The notes under the pieces are model-generated. The model was not told where the DNA came from. It saw only the letters and a program-made list of their open reading frames with translations, and ran no database searches. This document shows, piece by piece, positions 54,639 to 64,000 of a DNA stretch of 64,000 bases. Numbering within the stretch: position 1 is the first letter of the stretch; each line of letters opens with the position of its first letter. This DNA comes from Prorocentrum cordatum (Eukaryota), in contig CAUYUJ010000001.1 in NCBI GenBank assembly GCA_963575745.1, positions 3,162,001 to 3,226,000 on the forward strand. The letters run 5' to 3'. Both the position numbers and the translations under genes were made by a program.

Positions 54639-54750
54639 CTGATGCTGATGCTGATGCTGATGCTGATGCTGATGATGTTGATGATGATGATGATGCTGTT
54701 GCTGATGATGATGCTGATGCTGATGCTGATGATGATGACGATGATGCTGC

Positions 54751-54782
<32 letters not shown>

Positions 54783-54965
54783 CTGATGCTGATGATGATG
54801 ACGATGATGCTGGTGCTGCTGATGATGACGAGGATGTTGCTGCTGATGCTGTTAATGATGATGCTGCTGAGGCTGATGTTGATGATGCTGCGGCTGCTAA
54901 TGCTGATGATGATGCTGATTGGTGGTGCTGGGGGTTGTGGTGGTAGTGATGATGCGGTTGGTGAT
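54028..54965 (+). repeat. Degenerate (GAT)n tract
   Basis: About 0.94 kb of GAT/GCT triplets. Confidence 0.95.
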
Positions 54966-55872
54966 GCTGACGTTGTTGAACATTATTTATTCTAAAGAAT
55001 AATTATTGTTGGGCCCCCTGGTGCGCGCCCCCCCTGCGCCGCCTAGGCCGCAGCTACATTTTCATCATTTTCGTGAGGAAGCCTCAGAAAAGAGGGTGTG
55101 TACAGGATCCGGTTGTTTTGTTGTAATCCGCTTTCCCTTGCAAAAAACAATAGAAAATGACATTTCTTGTTCTAATATAATCAAATTTCAAGAATCCCTT
55201 GCAAAAAATAAGGTAAAGTGGACATTCGCGCGCGCAAGACGAAATCCTTCCAAAACCTTAGTGTTCGCAGCGATTTTAACATAAAAACATCAAAAAACCA
55301 ATGGTTTTTCAACAAAAAATTGTCAAAATCTCATCCCGCGCGCTCTTGCGGATTCGTAGGAAACCCAACACTTTTTAAACATTTCTGTCAAACGGGCTTT
55401 TGCGAGCAACTTTTTCGAACTTCTGCGACAACGGTTGCGCACCTGCCAGGGCCATCATCCCTGTCAAATAATACCATGCGGGACACATTCGTTTTTTCTT
55501 CGCGCGCGCACGCCGAAATCTCCAAAAACCATTGGGCTTCTTAAGAATTTTAGCACCGCGCATCATAAAATCATACGAATCGCACCGTAGGTCCTCGAAA
55601 AACACCTGCACGACTTTTCAAAATTTCTACCCGCGCGCGCTGTCCGAATCCTAAAAAACCCGCTGGCCCTGAATAGTAGCCACGGTCGTCCGCATGCCAC
55701 GAAGTGAAGTGTCCGAACGTCATAGGGCGGGAAGCTGGGTGTGGGTGGTGGCGAAGAGTCGTTTGGAAGTTTGGTAGAGCTTGAACCGGCCCCCCCACAA
55801 AGTGGGGGTATTGCCCGCCTCCTATGAAAACCCTGGCACTGGTGAGAACGGTGTGTCCCCACGTGCTAGTAA

Positions 55873-56538
55873 TTGGTGTTGTTGTTGTTGTTGTTGATGC
55901 TGTTGTTATTGGTGTTGGTGTTGGTGCTGGTGTTGGTGTTGTTATTGCTGCTGTTGTTGTTGTTGGTGTTGTTTGAATGGTTGTTGATGTGGTTGTTGTT
56001 ATTGGTGGTGGTGGTGGTGGTGGCGGTGTAGTTGTGGATGAAGATGGTGACTACGAGGATGCGGATGAGGGTGGCGATGCTGATGCTGTTGATGATGTTG
56101 CTGCTGATGTTGTTGTTGACGTTGGCAATGGCGATGCTGCTGATGTTGATGACGATGAGGCTGATGATGATGCGGAGGATGACGAGCAGGAGGAGGGGGC
56201 ACGCGGCATCGATGGAAGAGGGATGACGCAGGTGACGGGACGCAGGAGGGAGAAGCGGGGACGCAGGACGGACGAGGATGGGCGAGGGAGGGACGACTGA
56301 GAGCTGTCGCTCGTCTCGATATCCTGATGTTCCCCGGGCCCCGCCTCTCTCCCCCCGGTCATCCTCATGTTCGTCCCTGTTGCCCCCCAAAGGAGGAGGA
56401 GGAGGAGGAGGAGGAGGAGGAGGAGGAGGAGGAGGAGGAGGAGGAGGAGGAGGAGGAGGAGGAGGAGGAGGAGGAGGAGGAGGAGGAGGAGGAGGAGGAG
56501 GAGGAGGAGGAGGAGTACGAGGAGGAGGAGGAGGAGGA
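55873..56538 (+). repeat. (GTT)n/(GAT)n degenerate tract and pure (GGA)n run
   Basis: GTT/GGT at 55873-56030, GAT-like to about 56180, GGA at 56392-56538. Confidence 0.93.
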
Positions 56539-57083
56539 AGTTCCCGTCCCATCCCCTGTCTCAGAGGGGAAGGAGTCTTTGCGCGGGGGTGCAGGGCATT
56601 GACAGTTTCGGACTTCGTAGCAGCGCTTCCCTCAGGTTGTCGGCCTGCATGCGAGCACCGCGTTGGTCTGTTTGATGTCCTGGTACGTCATACCCGTGGC
56701 AAGGACGACATTTGGTTGTCTGCTTTCGTGAGTTTGTTGCATCGTCCTCTCGTCAGTTGGGCATCGTCTTATGCTTCTCATTCCTCGTCTAAGTGCGTAT
56801 GAAAGGCAGTCTTGAGGCCTCGCGACATGCATCCCGATCCCCAGCATTTCTCACACCTTGGGAGCATTGCACAGTTTTGCAGAAGACCGCGTCTACATAA
56901 TGGGGACGCACGGAAGTCATAACCCTGGCAGAACATGCTCGGGCTCGGGTTCGTCTCGCTTCGAACGGTGCGCATCCAGGTAGACGATCCACCAGTACGT
57001 TCTCCTCCACCTCGTCGCCTTCCTTCCACGGCCCTCCGCCTCTATTACGCCTCCGCCTTCTCTTGCTCTTCTGGTTCTTTCGT

Positions 57084-57740
57084 TTCCCAACTCTCCTGTG
57101 GTGCTGTGTGCTCGTTTTGAAGAGGCAGCGCCCGCGTCTCCTCCTCGCCTGTTCTCTCCTCCTCCCTCCTTTCCCTCCTCCCGCTTCCCATCCCTGCCTC
57201 TGCCCTCCGCACCAGTCAACCATATCGGCACACCCCTCACACGTTTCGTGGCCCCGTAGGGAGCTCCTCCGAAGGCCCCAGTGGCTGTGCTCGCATGCGT
57301 CTCCTCCACTCAGCACAGCGCTTCGTGGCCACATAGGGAGCTCCACCCAAGGCCTCAGTGGCGGTGTTCGCATGCGTCTTCCCCATTCATTACAGCGTTT
57401 TGTGGCCCCATCAGGAGCTCCACCGAACGCCCCAGTGGCGTTGTTCGCATGGGTCTCCCCCGCCCAGTGCAGCGTTTCGTGGCCCATAGGAAGAAGCTGC
57501 ACCGAAGGCCCCAGTGGCGGTGTGCGCATGGGTCTCCGCCACCCAGTATAGCGCTTCGTGGCCCCAGCGGCTCCACCGAAGGCCTCAGTGGCGGTGTTCG
57601 CATGCGTCTTCCCCACCCAGTGCAGCGTTTCGCCACACCCAGCACAGCGTTCCGTGGCCCCCTAGGGAGCTCCACCGAAGGCCCCAGTGGCGGTGTTCGC
57701 ATGCGTCTCCCCCGCCCAGTACAGCGCTTCGTGGCCTCCA
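57084..57740 (-). repeat. ~77-bp minisatellite array (minus orientation, ~7 units) with conserved terminal motif
   Basis: Units ttcgtggccccatagggagctccaccgaaggccccagtggcggtgttcgcatgcgtctcc at 57243-57740; terminal motif at 57084-57124. Confidence 0.9.
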
Positions 57741-58529
57741 CCAGGCTAACTTTTGCGACTTTTATTCCTGATCCATTCATCCCCCCCTCCGTCCTTTCCT
57801 TGTCCTCTGCCTCTTTTTCGTCTTACTGAGGGCCTCTCCACCTCTCCCTCCCTCCTTCATCCTTCATTCCTTCTCCTCCATCCAACATGTGGGGCAATGT
57901 TCGCACACGGCAGGTCCGTATGGCAATGGCCGTCCCCGTCGCACCGATCAGTCTTGCAATGAGGCGGGAAGAAAAGGATCATGTCAGAAGTAACAGTAGG
58001 GATCGATGAAGGACGGGAATGGAGGAGGACGGAGGAGGGAAGAGGAATAGACGAGGGAATGAATAAGTATTCCAAGTACGATTACGCCCCAGAAGAGGTG
58101 TTCGCGACATTCGCGCATGGTTCTAGTCGAACTGTGCGCAGGATGGTTTTGCTGAGATGTCCCGAGGGGCTTCGGAGAACTAAGGTTCTACGGGATTCCG
58201 CAGGCACTTAGGACGCGATTGTGGCCTCTGGGGAGCCTCTGGAGGATTTTAGAGTGGGCTTTTGAGGCCCTTTGGGGGTGCTGGGGCCATTTCGGGCGCC
58301 ACGGTTCTACCGAGCTCTCCCGAAGGGGCGGGGTAATATTTTGGGGCCATCCGGACTCGTTTGGCGTCCCTCTCGGTGCCATCGTGGGCCGGGGAGAGTG
58401 TCAGGAACATACAAACATGTTTCGCGGTTTTCGACATGGTTTTGCAGCCAGAGTGGGGAGGTCGGCTCCAATCAGCTTGGCGAAGAACCCAATCACATGC
58501 AGGTGTGAGTACCGTAGTTGTGGGTAACG

Positions 58530-60464
58530 TCTTCGGTGGAGCCCCCTGTGGGCCACGAAACTCTGTACTAGGTGAGGGAGACGTATGCGAACTTTGCCAC
58601 TGCGGCCTTCGGAGGAGCTCCCTAAGGGGCCACGAAAACGCTGGTCGGGGCGGGGGAAACGCATGCGAGTGCAGCCACTGGGGCCTTTATGGAACTCCCT
58701 AGAGGGTCACGGGACGATGTACTGGGCGGGGGAGACGCATGCGAGTTCCGCCACCGGGGCCTTCGGTGGAGTTCCCATATGGGACCACGAAACGTTAGAC
58801 TGGGTGGGAGAGACGCATGCGAGTGCAGCCATTGGGGTCTTCGGTGGAGCTCCCTATGGGGCCACGAAGCGCTTTACTGGGTGGGGGAGACGCATGCACA
58901 AACCGCCACCGGGGCCTTCGGTGGAGCTCCCTGCGGGGCCACGAAACGTTGTATTGGGCGGGAAAACACAATTCGAGTTCCGCCACTGGGACGTTCGGTG
59001 GAGCTCCCCTATGGGGCCACGCAGCGCTTTACTGGGTGGGGGAAGCGCATGCGAGTGCAGCCAATGGGTCCTTCGGTGGAGCTCCCAATGGGGCCACGAC
59101 GCGCTGTACTGTGGGGGAGACGCATGCGAGTTCCGCCACTGGGACCTTCGGTGGTGCTCCCTATGGCGCCAAGAAGCGCTGTGCTGGGTGGGAGAGCCGC
59201 ATGCGAATTCCGCCACTGGGACCTTCGGTGGACCACGAAGCGTTGTACTGGGCGGGGGAACCTCATGTGAGTTCCGCCAATGGGTCCTTCGGTGGAGCCC
59301 CCTACGGGACCACGACAATTTCTACTGGGTTGGGGAAACGCATGCGAGTTTCGCCACTGGGACCTTCGGTGGAGCTCCCGATGGGGCCACGACACGTTGT
59401 ACTGGGTCTGGGAACGCATGCGAATTCCGCCGCTGGGGCCTTCGGTGGAGCTCCCAATGGGACCACGAAGCGCTGTGCTGGGTGGGGGAGGCGCATGCGA
59501 GTTTCGCCATTTGGACCTTCGGTGGAGCTCATTATGGGGACACGTAGCGTTGTACTGGGTGGGGGTGACGCAGGCGAGTTCTGCACCTTGGACCTTCGGT
59601 GCAGCTCCTTAAGTATGGTGCCAGGAATCGCTGTACTGTGTGGGAGAGACGCATGCGAATTCCGCCACTGGGGCCTTCGGTGGAGCTCCCTAGGGGCGGC
59701 GAAGCGCTGTGCTGGGTTGGGGCAACGCATGCGAGTTCCGCCACTGGGACCTTCGGTGGAGCTCCCACTGGCGCCAGGAAGCGCTCGATGTACTGGGTGG
59801 GGAAGCGCATGCGAGTTCCGCCACAGGGACCTTCGGTGGAGCTTCCTACGCGACCATGGAGCGCTGAACTGGGCGGGGGGACCTCATGCGAGTTCCGCCA
59901 CTGGGACCTTCGGTGGATCTCCCTGTGGGACCACGAAACGTTGTGCTGGGCGGGGGGGGGGGGGGGGGGCAATTCGAGTTCCGCCAGTTGGACCTTCGGT
60001 GGAGCTCCGTATGGGGCCACGAAACGCTGTACTAGGTGGGGTGGACGCATGCGAGTGCACCCAATGGGACCTTCGGTGGAGCTCCCCTGTGGGGCCAGGA
60101 GGCGCTGTGCTGGGCGGAGGAGACGTTTGCGAGTTCCGCCGCTTGTGCCTTCGGTGGAGCTCCTTATGGGGCCACGAAGCGTTGTGCTGGGCGGGGGAAC
60201 CGCGTGCGAGTTCCGCCGCTGGGACCTTCGGTGAAGCTCCCCACGGGGCCACGAAACGCTGTGTTCGGCGGGGGAGGCGCACGCGAGTTCCGCCATTGGG
60301 ACCGTCGGTGGAGCTCACCGTGGGGCCACGAGGCGCTGTGCTGGGTGGGGGAACCGCATGCGAGTTCCGCCGCTGGGGCCTTCGGTGGAGTTCCCTTGTG
60401 GGGTCACGAAGCTGTGCTGTTGTCTCTTCAACGCGAGGACCCAAAACCAAACAATGGTTGGGAA
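58530..60464 (+). repeat. ~77-bp minisatellite array (~25 units) with conserved terminal motif
   Basis: Consensus cttcggtggagctccctatggggccacgaagcgctgtactgggtgggggagacgcatgcgagttccgccactggggc. Ends in ctcttcaacgcgaggacccaaaaccaaacaatggttgggaa (60424-60464). Confidence 0.95.
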
Positions 60465-60606
60465 CGAGATGAGGAAGTCCTGCTTGGCAGCCAGCAGTCA
60501 TAGTGATTAGAGGCACCAAATCACCGCTGATGTAGTGGTGAAGAAATGTGCCATGTCAGGATCCAGGAACATTCGCGCGCGCACGTACGCGCGCAATTGT
60601 GGATTG

Positions 60607-61268
<662 letters not shown>

Positions 61269-61284
61269 AGAAACGTCGAGAGAG

Positions 61285-61306
61285 TCCGTAGCAATTTTGG
61301 CTCACG
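61285..61306 (+). other. Genomic relic of the dinoflagellate spliced leader (DinoSL)
   Basis: tccgtagcaattttggctcacg matches DinoSL DCCGTAGCCATTTTGGCTCAAG at 20/22, full length. It is not followed by a GT donor, so it is not an obvious SL-RNA gene. Confidence 0.85.
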
Positions 61307-61596
61307 GCCATGAGACACCCGACGATTGCAAGTACCTTGCGGGCGCCGCTTGAGCGCGAGGGGTCTCGCGCTGTGGACCAGCAGTTTTTTCCTTCGACTA
61401 CGAGTGCTCGGCCGCGGCGCGCGGCGGCCCTCCTGCTGTTCGCGTTGTTCACGTGGGTGCCTTCGCCTCAAAGGCGGCAGCATTGGCGGGGCGCGGCGAG
61501 GGGGCTGGGGGCCGCGGCCAGGGCGCCAAGCCTGCGGGTAGAGGGCCGAGGTCGCTGGGCACTGGTGCTGCCTGCCGAGCCAGCAGTCGTTCCCGC

Positions 61597-62850
61597 TGGT
61601 TTTGTAAGTCGCGCAGCAAGCCAGGCGCTGGCGGCTTCGAGAATATCAACTTCGGTGAGAGGCTGCAGCGCAAGAGGTGGAACCGGCCCAAGGCCGCCTT
61701 CTTTCGAGGCAAGCCAGCAAAGGGCGCGCCAGCGAGGCGGGCGGGGCCTAGCGACAAAGAGCGGCTCGCCCAGGCCATGGAGCGCATCGAGAAGCTCGAG
61801 GCGGAGGCCAAGCAGGATCCGTCGCGGCCCCAGGGGCCGTGCCCGCTGGCGGGGCGGCGACTGCGGCCCTTTGGCGCGCGTCCTCGCCGGAGAAGCAGCG
61901 CCTCGAGGTCGCGGAAAAGAAATTTGCGGCGCTGCGGGCTGGGGCGGGCGCGGGCGACGAGAGGGGCTTCGCGGCGCGGCGGGGCGAGCTGGAGGCCGAG
62001 CAGCTCAAGTTGCGGAGCGCCCTGTTCGCTTCGAGGCCCAAGGAGGTGCAGCTCAAGACCCTCAGTGAGCGCATCGAGAAGCAAGAGTAGCAGCTGGTGA
62101 GTTGGCGGCGGTGGAGCTCCAGACGACGCAGGAGTTGGCGGGCAGGGCGCAGGGGCTGCGCGCGGCCAACATCGAGAAGAAGGCGCGCGCCGGCGAGCTC
62201 ACGGCGGAGCACGCGCGCGCTTCGGGTGCAGTTGCTGGCCCCCTTGCGGGGCCTGCTGCTGGGCTGGATCGCGCCGTGGAAGTCGGCGGCCAGCGCGTCG
62301 CGGCGGAGGTCCCGGGGGAGCTCTCGGGTTGCTTTGCGGTGGAGCAGGAGCTGGCGGAGGTTGTGCCCAGGCAGGCCAGTGAGCGCGAGCCGCAGATCGC
62401 CGCCGAGGCGCAGGCTGCCGAGGCAGCCGAAGCGGCGCGCAGAGCTGCGACCGCGCCAGGCCAGGGGCGAGAGCCCACGGCCAGTGAGGGCGACGGCCGT
62501 CCGAGCGAGGCTGACGCTCGAGCGGAGCACCAGTGGGTGGGCGACGAGGAGCTCAATGCCGCCGGCCTGCGCGCGTTCCTCAGGAGGGCTGGGCGCGCGC
62601 CTGACGCTGGGTAAGGGGCTGAGCGGCCCCCTGGCGATGTGGCGCGCGCTACTTACAAGCGCTTCTTCGACGACCTCGGCGCGTCGCCTCCGAAGAAGCA
62701 GCCCGGGAGGGCCTGATGCTTCATGGGCGCTGTGACGGGCGCCCGCGATGACCGCTGCGGAGCGGCGTAGCGCAGCGAGCTGTGCGATGCCGAGGAGCAG
62801 GCGGCCGCCGACATGGGGCACGGCTTCGACGCCTTGATGGGCGACCTCAG
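61597..62850 (+). mobile_element. Retrotransposon ORF1-like relic: decayed RanBP2-type zinc finger plus coiled coil
   Basis: WFCKSR..NFGERLQRKRWNRPK (61597-61692) fits WxCxxC..NF..R..CxxCxxPK with three Cys lost by single-base changes. Heptad-rich stretches follow (DKERLAQAMERIEKLEAEAK; ELEAEQLKLRSALFASRPKEVQLKTLSERIEKQE*). Frameshifted. Confidence 0.6.
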
Positions 62851-63241
62851 GCAACCAAGGGTGTCGGCCCCGGGGCGCGGCCCTGCGCGTCCTGCTGGAT
62901 GGAGGGCCAGTCGGCGACGGTGCTGCGGCTGATCGTAGGGGGGTTGATGGAGGGGGCCAGTCCCTTCGGGGGGTGGACGGGGCGTTCGGCTTTCAGGGGT
63001 GCGGCCCCGCGATGTCAGACGGCACGGGCCCCGAGGGGCCTGCCAGGGTGGCGGCCCCTGGGCGCGGCCCATGGCGACCTGCTCATGGACCAGGCGCAGA
63101 AGTTGCTGCTGAGGTTTGCAGGGGTGGGCGGAGCCAGACCCAACGCGGTGTCTGGGGCGTTCGGCTTTCAAGGGTGCGGCCCCGGGACGTCAGAGGGTAG
63201 GGGCCCCGCTGGGCAGCCCCTCGACGTCGCAGCCGGCCCAG

Positions 63242-63870
63242 GTGGCGCTGGACGCATGGAGGGCGTGCGAGATGGTAGTGCCTGGGGCGCAGATGATGGA
63301 AGCGAGGGCCCTCCACTTCCCGCTGCGCCTCACCTGCGCGCTGCTTGCGTCCTGCAGGCAGCCGCGCACTTTGGCGGCATTCGGCTCTGTGTCTACGGGG
63401 GCGGTGGCCTGGCAGGGGAGGATTGCTGGGCGCGGGCGCGCCAACTCGCTGCTGATGGTGCTCGCCCTGCGGACCCCCCCTGCGGGCCCCCCTGCGGGCT
63501 CGCGCCACCGCCCCGACGGTCGCGCCGAGGGGCCTGGTTGATGGCGCCACCCTCGGCGGGCAGGGGCCTAAGGAGGAGAGCGGCGGCGAGCTGGCGAGGG
63601 CGCTGAACCACTTCAATGACCGCATGGAGGACCTGAGGCCGGCGCTGCAGCCCGATAAGTCGGGCTTCCTGGCGCCGCAGAGGCGTCGCGCCCGCGCCTT
63701 GGGCCCTCGCATGCAGCGGGTCGGCCTGGAGGAGAAGCTGCGGGTGCGCAACTTGGGGCATTAGCTGCGCGGCCGCAAGGTCCTGCGCGCTCGAGAGAAG
63801 ATGCGGCTGGCAGCCGCCTTGGCGAGGCGGCAGAGGTTGGCCGCGCTGCGACGCGCAGCGGGGGCTGCCG
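63242..63870 (+). mobile_element. Non-LTR reverse transcriptase relic
   Basis: VALDAWRACEMV (cf. LDLxKAYE), LLASCRQPRTL, QGRIAG (cf. QG motif), LVDG at 63534-63545 (cf. YxDD), PDKSGFLA, VRNLGH* (stop at 63762-63764). RT subdomains 3-7 are in order, with one frameshift. Confidence 0.8.
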
Positions 63871-64000
63871 CCCCCATCGCCTCGGGCGCCCCCCCCTCGG
63901 CGGGCCGCGGCGCTGGAGTGGCTGGCTTGGCCGATCGGCCGCTTGCGCAGCTGCGCGCCTTGGCGGCGGTCACTGCGGGTGCCAAGCCTGTCGGTGGCAC

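Noticed and set aside
58530..60420. CRISPR array
   Set aside because: The sequences between the palindromic cores are homologous to each other, there are no cas genes, and the context is eukaryotic. It is a minisatellite, and the 320-551-aa ORFs over it are artefacts.
57243..60420. Hammerhead ribozyme in the 77-bp unit (GAAAC present in some units)
   Set aside because: No CTGANGA core in the unit on either strand.

Overview
Repeat-dense, GC-rich eukaryotic DNA, almost certainly from a dinoflagellate. Two lines support this: a 20/22 match to the dinoflagellate spliced leader at 61285-61306, and relics of an SPLR-linked chlorophyll a/c light-harvesting (LHC) polyprotein at 152-2370. I found no intact protein-coding gene; nearly all ORFs in the track are artefacts of microsatellites or high GC. 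Recognisable relics are: (i) the LHC polyprotein pseudogene, split by a 1.3-kb inverted-repeat insertion and followed by scattered LHC micro-fragments; (ii) a LINE endonuclease relic at 14598-16070; (iii) a DIRS-like tyrosine-recombinase retroelement relic carrying a C5 cytosine-methyltransferase-like domain at 36472-38135; (iv) the 3' half of a LINE with a CCHC knuckle and RNase H at 40560-42657 (minus strand); (v) a LINE-like relic starting with a spliced-leader copy, with a RanBP2-zinc-finger/coiled-coil ORF1 and an RT at 61285-64000. The rest is micro- and minisatellites and small non-autonomous elements. Window-wide patterns worth testing are apparent A>G/T>C-directed decay of dead coding sequence, a TCTTGG repeat family phased at about 10.5 bp, and strong single-strand polarity of repeats. 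All family assignments come from recognising motifs by eye; no searches were run.
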